Assembly (NCBI GenBank): GCA_964228815.1
Contig: CAXRAL010000046.1
Span: 1 to 62,227, forward strand
Source: Candidatus Poseidoniaceae archaeon
GTDB lineage: Archaea > Thermoplasmatota > Poseidoniia > Poseidoniales > Poseidoniaceae
Direction of reading: 5' to 3'
Length of the DNA stretch: 62,227 bases
A program made the translations under genes and the position numbers. Of this stretch, positions 47,389-56,972 are shown piece by piece. The notes below the pieces were generated by a model. That model worked only from the letters and a program-made list of their open reading frames with translations, was not told the origin of the DNA and ran no database searches. The stretch's first letter is position 1. Each line of letters begins with the position of its first letter.

Positions 47389-48642
47389 ATGGGAAGAAAC
47401 AACTCAAACCGCTCCGGCGGCAACTCAAACCGCGGTGGCGGTGGAAAAGGCAAGGCCATGAAGTACGAAATTCGGGCTGATATCAAGGTGAACGGAACCG
47501 TCCAGCGAAAGGACATCATCGGGGCCATCATGGGCCAAACCGAGGGCCTCCTCGGCGATGAATTGGAACTTCGAAAGCTGCAACGAACGGCACGCGTCGG
47601 GCACGTCGACGTCGAAATGGAAACCAAGAACGGCAAGGTGCACGGGACGATCATCATCCCCAGCAGCATGGACAACGTTGAGACGGCCATCATCGCCAGC
47701 TCATTGGAAACCATCGACCGCATCGGCCCCTGCAACGCCATCATCAAGGTGCTTCAAATCAGCGACATTCGTGCAACGAAGCGCACGGCTGTGGTCGATC
47801 GCGCCAAGGAATTGTTGCTTACCATGGTAAACTCCGGTGAAGCCGCATCGAAGACCGTCATCGAGGAAGTTCGCTCGGTGTTAACTGTGGGAACGGCCAA
47901 GTCCTTCCACGGATTGACCTGCGGCCCCAACGTCGAATCTTCGTCTTCGCTCCTCATCGTCGAAGGTCGGAACGACGTTCGAACCTTGCTCCACTGCGGC
48001 GTGAAGAACGCCATCAGCGCCGACGGCTCTGGGAACATCAAGCAGGAACTCATCGACCTTGCCAACGGGAAGGAGAGTGTCACGGTCGCCATTGACGGTG
48101 ATCGCGGCGGTGAGATGCTGTTCATGCAGCTGTATGACATGATGAAGGTCGACCATGTCGCCCAAGCACCTGTCGGCCAGGAATGGGAACTTCTCCCTCA
48201 GAAGACGGTCACCATGTGCCTGCAGAAGAAGGTCGAAGCGGCCAAGTTCAAGCACCAACTCGACAAGAAGATCGCCGAAGACGACCAAAAGTACGGCGGC
48301 GACAAAGACTGGGACAAGGACATGGACGAAGCCTACGAGCAGGAATCGGCCCCCGCCGACATTCAGGAACTCTTCGACAAAGTTGACGAGATGGGCAAGA
48401 ACAAAGCCGTCATCCGTTTTGCTGACGGGACGTTCTCTGAGGAAATCGGCCCCTCCAAACTCGCTGACGCACTCAACGAGGCTGAGGAAGCTGAAGCTGT
48501 TCTGTTCAACGGTTCTGTCACCGAAAAGGTGCTGAGTTATGTCAACCAATCCTCCGCCAACACCCTCGTGGGTACCAAGGAAGGCAAGGGCTTCGAAGCA
48601 TCGGATGACTTGACCGTCTGGTTTGCTGAAGTCCATCGTTGA
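47389..48642 (+). CDS. dnaG: Archaeal DnaG (TOPRIM protein, exosome-associated)
   Basis: KYEIRA...DIIGAIMGQTEGLLG, ETIDRIGPC, IVEGRNDV, DGDRGG; start ATG 47389 after AGGAGA. Confidence 0.93.
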   Translation: MGRNNSNRSGGNSNRGGGGKGKAMKYEIRADIKVNGTVQRKDIIGAIMGQTEGLLGDELELRKLQRTARVGHVDVEMETKNGKVHGTIIIPSSMDNVETAIIASSLETIDRIGPCNAIIKVLQISDIRATKRTAVVDRAKELLLTMVNSGEAASKTVIEEVRSVLTVGTAKSFHGLTCGPNVESSSSLLIVEGRNDVRTLLHCGVKNAISADGSGNIKQELIDLANGKESVTVAIDGDRGGEMLFMQLYDMMKVDHVAQAPVGQEWELLPQKTVTMCLQKKVEAAKFKHQLDKKIAEDDQKYGGDKDWDKDMDEAYEQESAPADIQELFDKVDEMGKNKAVIRFADGTFSEEIGPSKLADALNEAEEAEAVLFNGSVTEKVLSYVNQSSANTLVGTKEGKGFEASDDLTVWFAEVHR

Positions 48643-48687
48643 AACCTCACGGCTCACTTTATGTGGTTGTGAAGGGAAGCGCCCTTC

Positions 48688-49944
48688 ATGGACGATGAAC
48701 AGTCCGAGGAGTGGCCCGCCACCGATTGGGACGAATCCGCCTCCGACGACGCGGCAGCGAAGGCTAACGGTCCGGACGAAAAGGCTCAGGCATCGTCCGA
48801 AGACACTCCCACGGAGGACAACGACTCGGCGAGCGAAGTTGAGAACGACGGCGCAGCCGACGGCGATGACACGCCAGCCGACGCAGAACCGGATGAAGCA
48901 GAGGCGCAGGGCGACTCGGAGACAGCAGCCCCACCTTCTGCCACCTCGTCAGCCATTGAGGCTTGGACGTTGCCGATTCGGGCTGCGCCAATCCTTGCCC
49001 TTCAGGGTGAAGACGTGACTGAATTTCCGCTCAGTCAGCACCGCAGCGGGCTGGAATCAACATCGCTGATCATGGACGATGAATTGATGCGAATCGTTGA
49101 AGCGCGGTACGACCCCGATGGTGTTCGCCGGCTGAACGTCCGTATGGCACTGGTTAAAGAGCACATTTCCGGATATTCCCATACCCATCTCGACCTGTTT
49201 CAGAAGTTGCAGGCCGTGTGGTGGGGCGCCATTGGATTCGGCCTCGTGATGGCGACCGGCTTTGCTCAAAGCATCCTCGCTCTCGGTGGCGGGGCGTTTG
49301 TGCTGACGGGTGTAGCAGGTCTGTTGATGGCTCAATTGGACCTCCACCGCCTTTCGTTTTCCGACCACGGCGGACGCCACGATTTCTACCTCTCCGGTTG
49401 GCGACAGGAGCCGTACTTGATTCACAACAGCACAGCTTTGCTGGGTCCCGCATTCGTTGAATTCTTGCGCACGTCGTCCCTTGACACGCAACACATCGAT
49501 GCGGTCATCAAAGCGATGGGCGCACCCGCTCAACCCGCTCCTGAACTGACCTCGTCTTCCGAAAAAGCAGCACCAGCGGCCCTTCCTGTAGCGGCGGAGC
49601 ACGACAACGCCTTGGTTCCCATGAGCGTGGTTCAGCCTCAGGCATCCATGCCCTCCATGGTACCCGCAGGGCCGGCCATCAGTGGCCCTCCAACCTCGAT
49701 GGTGGTATCCACGCCAACGTCGGCTGCCATGCCGCCCTTGCCCCCACCACCGGCGGTCACAACGCCTTCGCCACCCAAACCACTTCCGGCACCACCCGCA
49801 CCGACAACACTCCCGGCGGCCCCGCTCCCACCGCCACCTGCGCCAGCGGTTCTTCCACCTGCACCGCTCCCGCCCGCTCCGTTGCCCCCTCCCCCATCCA
49901 AGGCGGCCGTTGACGAGGATGCGCTGTGGGACGATCTCAGCTGA
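48688..49944 (+). CDS. Membrane protein with acidic N-terminus and poly-proline C-terminus
   Basis: Acidic low-complexity N-terminus, two TMs, PPPP-rich tail ending VDEDALWDDLS. Confidence 0.75.
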   Translation: MDDEQSEEWPATDWDESASDDAAAKANGPDEKAQASSEDTPTEDNDSASEVENDGAADGDDTPADAEPDEAEAQGDSETAAPPSATSSAIEAWTLPIRAAPILALQGEDVTEFPLSQHRSGLESTSLIMDDELMRIVEARYDPDGVRRLNVRMALVKEHISGYSHTHLDLFQKLQAVWWGAIGFGLVMATGFAQSILALGGGAFVLTGVAGLLMAQLDLHRLSFSDHGGRHDFYLSGWRQEPYLIHNSTALLGPAFVEFLRTSSLDTQHIDAVIKAMGAPAQPAPELTSSSEKAAPAALPVAAEHDNALVPMSVVQPQASMPSMVPAGPAISGPPTSMVVSTPTSAAMPPLPPPPAVTTPSPPKPLPAPPAPTTLPAAPLPPPPAPAVLPPAPLPPAPLPPPPSKAAVDEDALWDDLS

Positions 49945-52722
49945 TCACGCCTTGACGCCACCAGCCGAAGGAAGGTGGACGCTGCGGGCCAGTTTGGCCA
50001 CCTCTTCGCTCAGTTCGTTGATGTCCGATGGAAGGGGCCAGTCGTCAAGGTCCAATGGAAGGTGATGGCCCAGCCCGGGGATGCGCTCGAGCGCGACACC
50101 CAATTCCGCGGCGTCCGTGAGAAATTCACCACCCGCTCCCGAATGCCGTGCTTCAAGCCGGCGCCGCATCCAGCGCTTGAGCGGCGCAACGAGTTCACAA
50201 AGGGTGCTGAGCATCTTAGCCCGTGAGGCATCGTCTCCATCTCCCTGAGGCAACAGCCGGAGGGTCAACCGAAGCAGCCGTCCAACGCGAACGTCCCTTG
50301 GCGAGATGTTCACCTCGGCTGCCAATCGCCGCCGAAGGTCAGGGATGGCCTCCATCTCGCGTTGCTCAATGGCCAACGCTTCATCCGGCAGGCCCAGCAA
50401 CGCCACCAATTCCGTTAGCGCGGTCAGCGCTTTGGCCGTACCCTTTCCGGAGGGGACGACCTCAACTTCGCGAACCTCTTCTGCAGGTGCATCCTCTACC
50501 ATTGCCTCCCCTTCAGGTACATCCTCTTCAAGCGCTACCGGGGTTGCAACGGGTTGTTCTTCCTCAGCCTCAACCGGTTCTGTTGGCGATGGCGAATCGG
50601 AGAGCGAGGTTGTCGCCTCGCGCTCCGGCGAAACCTCCACCTTTTCGGACAATGCTTCGCCGGGCTGTTCCTCGTTGCTGCGCAGGGGTTTGTCCTCTTC
50701 AGTGTCCGTTGTTGACTTGTCGTCCATGGCCTCAAGCATGGCTTCATGGGCGTCATCGAGGGTTGTTGCAGGCTGGAGCACCTTTCGGTCTTGGTCTTCA
50801 GAAACCGGAATGAGCGTGGGGTGTTTTTCCACTGGCATCCAAAGGCTGAGCGTGTAGCTTTCGTCTTCCACCGGGCGAGCGGATAACAGGGTGGTGTAGA
50901 CTGGAATTTGTTGACTGAGGTAGGCCAAACGGTGAGGTTGCTGACACATGGCTTCAACGCTCAAACCCAAGTCGACATGACGGTTCCACGGCAGGGTCGC
51001 AAGCCTTCGGCGGAGGACATCGTGGCGAAGTAAATGGGGACGCGCCTCGCTGAGTTCCCTGGCGACCCTCACCAATTCACCCTTGACAGCTGTTCGCCAT
51101 TCATCAACGTGCCAACCTTGTTCGTGAAGCGCATCGAGTTCTTGTTCAACGGACGTTCGCATTCGTTCCAACATGACGCCGTTGTGGGTTGTAGCGTTGG
51201 CAGCTCCGTTTGAACGCGTGAGATCTGCCACGTGAGCCTCGAGTTCTCGGAGGTTCATCTGGTCGGTGGAGATTTCTCGTTCCAGCACGCCGGCGCGACG
51301 AAGGGCCGCCAATTCCTCGTTGAGCATGACACGGTGCCGCTCAGATCGTCGTTGTGCACGCTGAAGATGACCTTGCATTTCTTCGATAACCTCAGCATCA
51401 ACGTCTTCGCTGGCGAGAAGTTGGAGTCGCAGGAACGTGTCTTCTTGACCAGAGAATGACGTGTCGAGGGCATTGAGTTCGTTCATCAGCGACACCCGAG
51501 AGTCCCATTGACCCCGTTCAACGGTCATGCGTTCCATCGCGTTCATGGGATCGTCGAACACCCGTTGTCGCCAAGCACTCACGTCCAAACCAGCATGCTC
51601 GTACGATTCCAACAACGCTAAACCGTCCAGTTCGAGTTGCTTCCACAACCCATCCATTTCGTCAACGATGTCTTGGAGTTCCTCCGTTCTGTCAAGGTGA
51701 CCCAGCAGCGTTTCCGAGGCCGCCGTTTGAGCAGGCCAGTGCCGAGCAAACCGGTTCCAGCGTTCCACGAGCGCAAGGTGGCGCTCAACCGAGGTTGCCA
51801 CCGTGTCATGATTGGCTTCCCATGCCATCAAATCGTTGGGGTGCAAATCACCTTCATGCGGGAAAACAATGCCTTCTGCTCGCCATGCATGAATCGCATC
51901 AGAAAGCACTTGCCGGCGCTGCTCCAATGCCTGGGCTAAGGCTTGGATTTCATCGGTCAATGCGTCGAGTTCAGACGCTTCTTCCACGTTCTGCATCCCG
52001 TTGCAACGTTGTTCGAATTCGGTCGCCAAATCTGGATCAAACGGTTGAATCAATTGAACGGCAGCCAGTCGGACATGTTCCCGCTTGGCGTGGAACGTCT
52101 GCCATCGCTCAAGATCCTGCAGTCCTTCAAGCAGTGGACGCACACCCAAGTCGCCAACAGGATAGCCGTGCCCCCTGAGTCGTTCAGCACCAGCCTCAAT
52201 CAGTTGACGTTGGCGGGTTTCATCCGCTTCGATGGTTCGCAGGTGGCGAACGATTTCATCCAACCGTTCGGGGGATTCAAAGAGGCGATGAAGGGGCACG
52301 ACGGCCGGGAGGCTCGAAACGTCCAAGTTCATCAAACGAGTGAAGAGGTTGTCCCAATCGTTGCCGTTGCCCGCTTCAAACCAAACTGATTTGCTCCTGC
52401 TCAACGGCGGTTCCCACGAAAGGACGCCTCGTAGATGTCGTTCAAATTCAACGACGCTCGCCTCAACCGTGAACGGGTTGTTCAATGCCGAGTGAAGGGC
52501 GCGCAAGCCTTCATCGGCCCGCCCCCCCAGCTCGATGGCTCGGAATCGCTCATCAAGTTCAGCGGCCGTTTCACGACGCTGTTCAAGCCATGCGAGGCGT
52601 TCTTGGGTGCCACCTTCGTGTTCAGAAAGAAACGTCACCATCTCATCGTGGGGGAATCCGAACTGGGCCAGCGATGCGAGGCGAGCCTCAATATCGTCGC
52701 TCCCCGGATGCGCCTCGCTCAT
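49945..52722 (-). CDS. 925-aa helical-repeat hypothetical protein
   Basis: Recurrent LxxxG[FYWLI]xVxx[LW]-like turns between charged helices; acidic linker before a C-terminal domain. Confidence 0.75.
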   Translation of the reverse strand: MSEAHPGSDDIEARLASLAQFGFPHDEMVTFLSEHEGGTQERLAWLEQRRETAAELDERFRAIELGGRADEGLRALHSALNNPFTVEASVVEFERHLRGVLSWEPPLSRSKSVWFEAGNGNDWDNLFTRLMNLDVSSLPAVVPLHRLFESPERLDEIVRHLRTIEADETRQRQLIEAGAERLRGHGYPVGDLGVRPLLEGLQDLERWQTFHAKREHVRLAAVQLIQPFDPDLATEFEQRCNGMQNVEEASELDALTDEIQALAQALEQRRQVLSDAIHAWRAEGIVFPHEGDLHPNDLMAWEANHDTVATSVERHLALVERWNRFARHWPAQTAASETLLGHLDRTEELQDIVDEMDGLWKQLELDGLALLESYEHAGLDVSAWRQRVFDDPMNAMERMTVERGQWDSRVSLMNELNALDTSFSGQEDTFLRLQLLASEDVDAEVIEEMQGHLQRAQRRSERHRVMLNEELAALRRAGVLEREISTDQMNLRELEAHVADLTRSNGAANATTHNGVMLERMRTSVEQELDALHEQGWHVDEWRTAVKGELVRVARELSEARPHLLRHDVLRRRLATLPWNRHVDLGLSVEAMCQQPHRLAYLSQQIPVYTTLLSARPVEDESYTLSLWMPVEKHPTLIPVSEDQDRKVLQPATTLDDAHEAMLEAMDDKSTTDTEEDKPLRSNEEQPGEALSEKVEVSPEREATTSLSDSPSPTEPVEAEEEQPVATPVALEEDVPEGEAMVEDAPAEEVREVEVVPSGKGTAKALTALTELVALLGLPDEALAIEQREMEAIPDLRRRLAAEVNISPRDVRVGRLLRLTLRLLPQGDGDDASRAKMLSTLCELVAPLKRWMRRRLEARHSGAGGEFLTDAAELGVALERIPGLGHHLPLDLDDWPLPSDINELSEEVAKLARSVHLPSAGGVKA

Positions 52723-52902
52723 GACCGCTCAATTCACCCACGGGTCACGGGGGCTTTCAATATGAGCGGTTGAAAAGGGAGGTTGAGGACGCTCTTTACC
52801 GATTCTGGCATCATTCGGCCTTGTTTGAGAGGGCTGCAAACGACCTTCTCAACCATCAATTCTTCCGCAGACCATAAAGGCGCGGTGGACCGCTCGGGTT
52901 CA

Positions 52903-55191
52903 ATGAGTCTGTTCGCCATCGGTCTTGGCTTGCTTTCCGTTGGTGCTGCGGGAGCCTTCGGATATTCCCTGTATCAAGGTCATCAGAAGATGACACGTCT
53001 GCTGGACATGCAAACCCTCTTGCGGGAATCTCAGGCCACGCACTTCCACCACCTCAATCTCGCAACCGAAAGCGTCCTGTCCGATGTGCGCACGCTTCAA
53101 TCGACGCTGGAAGCCTTGCGGACGATCCACCCTGACGTCGATGCATCGCTCACCGTTCACAGTTTCCTGGTTCAGCACGAAGGAAGCGATGCATTGGAAA
53201 TGGACATGCAGGAAGCTTGCGATGTGCTTCGGTCGGTCGTTCAACATCAGCCTGTAGAGGCTGGTTCAGAGACCGGCCTTTCCGTCAACCATGCGGGGTT
53301 GCTTCGCCGTTTGTTGAAGGTCTTTGATCGCCACCAATTGACGATGGCTTCCCTCCACATCGACCCCGACACGGCCCACCGGCTCGGCTTGGCCGCCGCC
53401 CATCTCCAACTGTATGAATGGGCCGAGGGCGCCCTTGGCGTAGCGTATCAATTGTCACCCGGGCATGCCAGCGTTCTCGAGGGTCTGGAGCACATTGCCC
53501 GACTTCGTGGCGATGATGCCTTGCTCCGCCATTGGATGGAAGCTCGAATGAAACTCACACCTGACGACCCTGCATTGCTACGCGCCCACGCTCACCTGTT
53601 GGCATCCATGGGCGACGAGGAAGCCGAACGCGCCGTTCGTCGATTGGAAGCCTTGGGGGTTGACACGGCTGCCGACCGTTCGCTCTTGTCCGGACTTCGA
53701 GCACGAGCAGGCGCTCGTTCCGAGGCCATTGAGGCCATTTTGCAAGCGCTTGAAGAGGACCCCAGCCGTTCAGGCGATTGGCTCCACTACGCCCACTTGT
53801 TGGAGGCTGAAGGCGAACATGAGTTGGCCTTGGAAGCCAACGAGCGCTGCCTTACCCTTGACCGCCAATCCGGCGAAGCATGGGCGCTCAAAGCTCGGCT
53901 TCTTGCTGAGAAACAGGGTCACCAGCGTGATGCACTGAAAGCAGCCACCCACGCCGTGGCGCTGGATGCCGGCGGCGTGGATACCGTGTTCCTCAAAGCT
54001 GAATTGCTCGAGATTGAAGGCTCGGTGGTGGCGGCTGAGGAAACCCTTCTCAAAGCGCTTAACGCTCAACCGTACAACGGCGAATTGCGCGCTCGCATTG
54101 CAGGCCGCTACCTCATTCAGCATCGTGTTGAGGACGCCTCCGCTCTTCTCTCGGCAACACCGGACGGCATCGACCATGCTTTGCTTCATACGGTCGAGGG
54201 CCGCTTGCATCTGGCCCACGCCGACCGCTTACGAGACGGCACCGGAGAAACGGACCGAACGCTGTTGAACGACGCCCTTCATGCCTTCAACGGCGCCCTC
54301 TCGTTGAACCGAGAGTTGGGCGTTGCATGGCTGGGTCTCGCTCGTACACAGCGGATGATGGGCGACCTCGAAACGGCTAACGAATCCCTGAGCAGAGCCC
54401 AGCGCCTCAGACCCGAGAAGGACCCGTCCATTGCATGTGAAGCCGCTCTTCTCGCCCTCGACCAGGGCGACGCGCAAACTTCGCTTCTTCACGTGGACGC
54501 TGCTGAGGTTCACGGACAAAACGCCACGACGGCGTACATCCGGGGCAACATTTCAGCCGTCAAGGGGCAACTCAAGCAGGCGCTGTACCACTACAGCGAC
54601 TGCCTGACCTTGGACTCATCTCACATTCGAGCCCGCTTGAACCGAAGTTCGGTTTACATGGGATTGGACGACGCTCAGAAGGCCCTTGACGACGCAGAGA
54701 CCCTGCTGGATTTCGCTCCTCAACTGGCCGTGGCCAGAATTCGAAAGGGGGACGCTCACATGCATCTGGGCCAGTGGGATTTGGGTGCGAAGGAGTTCAA
54801 GCACGTGCTTGAACAAGCACCCCACCACACCCATGCCTTGACACAGCTGGCGGCATGCTACATTGGGATGGACCGAGCAGAACGAGCTGAAGCACCGCTC
54901 AACGAAGCCTTGCGTCAATCACCCGACCATGCTCCAGCCTGGCATCAGCGTGGTCTGTATTACATGCACTTCAACATGATTGACAACGCACTCTCGGACT
55001 TTGAAGCCGCCGTCCGATGCGATGGCCATCACCTCGCTGCCCGCCTTCAGATCGCTGCCCATCACCACGGCCTTGGCAACATGGACGCCGCAGCCACGGC
55101 TTGGAAAGCCATTCTCAGCATTGATGCCGAGCATCAATTGGCCAAGACGCGGTTGCAGGAGTGCGAGAAAAACTTGATGAAAAGCGCTTGA
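52903..55191 (+). CDS. N-terminally anchored TPR protein
   Basis: N-terminal TM, then many TPR-like units (e.g. AWHQRGLYY..FEAAV); start ATG 52903. Confidence 0.85.
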   Translation: MSLFAIGLGLLSVGAAGAFGYSLYQGHQKMTRLLDMQTLLRESQATHFHHLNLATESVLSDVRTLQSTLEALRTIHPDVDASLTVHSFLVQHEGSDALEMDMQEACDVLRSVVQHQPVEAGSETGLSVNHAGLLRRLLKVFDRHQLTMASLHIDPDTAHRLGLAAAHLQLYEWAEGALGVAYQLSPGHASVLEGLEHIARLRGDDALLRHWMEARMKLTPDDPALLRAHAHLLASMGDEEAERAVRRLEALGVDTAADRSLLSGLRARAGARSEAIEAILQALEEDPSRSGDWLHYAHLLEAEGEHELALEANERCLTLDRQSGEAWALKARLLAEKQGHQRDALKAATHAVALDAGGVDTVFLKAELLEIEGSVVAAEETLLKALNAQPYNGELRARIAGRYLIQHRVEDASALLSATPDGIDHALLHTVEGRLHLAHADRLRDGTGETDRTLLNDALHAFNGALSLNRELGVAWLGLARTQRMMGDLETANESLSRAQRLRPEKDPSIACEAALLALDQGDAQTSLLHVDAAEVHGQNATTAYIRGNISAVKGQLKQALYHYSDCLTLDSSHIRARLNRSSVYMGLDDAQKALDDAETLLDFAPQLAVARIRKGDAHMHLGQWDLGAKEFKHVLEQAPHHTHALTQLAACYIGMDRAERAEAPLNEALRQSPDHAPAWHQRGLYYMHFNMIDNALSDFEAAVRCDGHHLAARLQIAAHHHGLGNMDAAATAWKAILSIDAEHQLAKTRLQECEKNLMKSA

Positions 55192-55218
55192 CCACGTCTG
55201 TAGGTAGGCGGCGGTCCC

Positions 55219-56280
55219 ATGGTTGAGGTCAAAGAACTGAATTTGACAGAAATCCTGACGGCGCTGCAGGATTTCATGACCTCTGACGGGGCCATCTCGC
55301 CGGAACAGCGTGAATTCTACACCGTGTTCCGTCAACACCTCAACGAGCACGAGGGTGAGTTCAAGGTCGAAGACATCGAACGGCTCTTGATGAAGGCCAA
55401 AGAGGAAGTTCCGAATCTGTTGGAAGAGGAATTCATCAAGATGGGAGAGGCCATTTTGACTCGTTACCGCAGCAAAAACGAGGACGCCATCAACGAACGT
55501 ATTCGTGCCTTGGCAGCCGAAGAAGCTCGCAAGCGGGCGTTGGCTGAGGAAGAGCGAAAGAAGCGAGAGGAAGAAGAGCGACTCGCCGAAGAGGCCCGCC
55601 TCGCCGAAGAAGCCCGTTTGGCCGAGGAAGAGCGTCTCCGCCAAGAGGAAGAAGAACGCATTCGCCAAGAGGAGGAGGCCGCACGGCTTGCCGAAGAGGC
55701 TCGCCTCGCCGAGGAAGCCCGCTTGGCTGAAGAGGCACGTCTTGCCGAGGAAGCACGTCTGGCTGAAGAGGCCCGCCTTGCAGAGGAAGCACGTCTGGCT
55801 GAAGAGGCCCGCCTTGCAGAGGAAGCCCGCCTGGCCGAAGAGGCCCGACTCGCCGAGGAAGCACGTTTGGCCGAAGAGGCCCGACTCACCGAAGAAGCCC
55901 GTGTTGCCGAGGAGGCACGTTTGGCCGAAGAAGCACGTTTGGCCGAAGAAGCCCGACTGGCGGAGGAAGCCCGACTGGCGGAGGAAGCCCGTTTGGCCGA
56001 GGAGGCCCGCCTTGCCGAAGAGGCACGACTGGCAGAGGAAGCACGTCTGGCCGAAGAGGCGCGAATACAAGCTGAACTTGAAGCCGGGGAAAGTGCAAAG
56101 CAAGCCTACTGGGACGGGCAGGAACTTCCAGGAGACGAGGCAAAAATTGTCCCCGATCTTCCGACCGATGCAACTCCTGCTCTTGAGGCTGAAAGCGGTG
56201 GAGGCCGAGGAAAACTCCTCCTGGTGGTGGTCGCAGGTTTGGCCGTGGCCGGTGCTGCTGCAGCCATGTTTGTTTTGTGA
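55219..56280 (+). CDS. Tail-anchored protein with AEEARL hexapeptide repeats
   Basis: Small N-domain, E/R/A-rich repeat rod, C-terminal TM. Confidence 0.85.
   Translation: MVEVKELNLTEILTALQDFMTSDGAISPEQREFYTVFRQHLNEHEGEFKVEDIERLLMKAKEEVPNLLEEEFIKMGEAILTRYRSKNEDAINERIRALAAEEARKRALAEEERKKREEEERLAEEARLAEEARLAEEERLRQEEEERIRQEEEAARLAEEARLAEEARLAEEARLAEEARLAEEARLAEEARLAEEARLAEEARLAEEARLAEEARLAEEARLTEEARVAEEARLAEEARLAEEARLAEEARLAEEARLAEEARLAEEARLAEEARLAEEARIQAELEAGESAKQAYWDGQELPGDEAKIVPDLPTDATPALEAESGGGRGKLLLVVVAGLAVAGAAAAMFVL
55690..56067 (+). repeat. 21 x 18-bp tandem repeat encoding AEEARL
   Basis: 21 contiguous units with synonymous variation; three more units at 55585-55638. Confidence 0.92.
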
Positions 56281-56328
56281 GCCGCTTGAAAGCAAGCCAT
56301 TTTGACCCATGAGCCTCAAGCGAAGGCC

Positions 56329-56871
56329 ATGACCCTTCAGACCGGAGACGCAGCCCCCGATTTCAACCTCCCCAATGCCAACGCTTCTGTCGGCGGAGAA
56401 CACGTTTCCCTGGCTGACGCTGCAGGCGCCAACGGCACCGTGGTGCTGTTCGAATGCAACCACTGCCCCTACGTTGTGGCCAGCGTGGGGCGAATCAACG
56501 CCATGGCCGAATCCTGCAAGAGCAAGGGCATCGGTTTCGTTGGCATCAATTCCAACGACCCCGTGGTGTACGAGAACGACTCCTTTGAGCACATGGTCAA
56601 GCGAGCGGACGGCGGCATGCCTTACGCCTACCTTCACGACGCCTCTCAAGCCATCGCCCACGCTTACGGCGCCAAGCGAACGCCAGAATTTTTCCTGTTC
56701 AATGCCGCTCATCAGCTGGTGTATCAAGGCCGAATGGACGACAACCCTCGAAACCCCAACGATGTCTCCACCCACGACCTCGCCCAGGCCATTGAGGCCA
56801 TGCTCAGTGGGGAACAACCCGCTGTGGATTACACGGAATCCATCGGATGTTCCGTCAAGTGGAAGGCCTGA
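56329..56871 (+). CDS. Thioredoxin-fold (AhpC/TSA-like) protein
   Basis: APDFNL, CNHCPYV, INSND, YGAKRTPEFF, YQGRMDD, SIGCSVKW. Confidence 0.9.
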   Translation: MTLQTGDAAPDFNLPNANASVGGEHVSLADAAGANGTVVLFECNHCPYVVASVGRINAMAESCKSKGIGFVGINSNDPVVYENDSFEHMVKRADGGMPYAYLHDASQAIAHAYGAKRTPEFFLFNAAHQLVYQGRMDDNPRNPNDVSTHDLAQAIEAMLSGEQPAVDYTESIGCSVKWKA

Positions 56872-56969
56872 TGTCCATGACTGGATGCCGCCGTCAGTGC
56901 GACTGGGACGACAAGATGGTGTGTCGGTCCTGCGGCATTGACTATTCTCCGCCGTCCGAGGAAGAGTAG
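56871..56969 (+). CDS. Putative 32-aa Cys4 micro-protein (absent from the ORF track)
   Basis: ATG overlaps the upstream stop (TGATG); MSMTGCRRQCDWDDKMVCRSCGIDYSPPSEEE*. Confidence 0.6.
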   Translation: MSMTGCRRQCDWDDKMVCRSCGIDYSPPSEEE

Positions 56970-56972
56970 AAC

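Noticed and set aside
55690-56067. Tandem repeat as a possible CRISPR array
   Set aside because: Contiguous 18-bp in-frame coding units with no spacers and no cas genes
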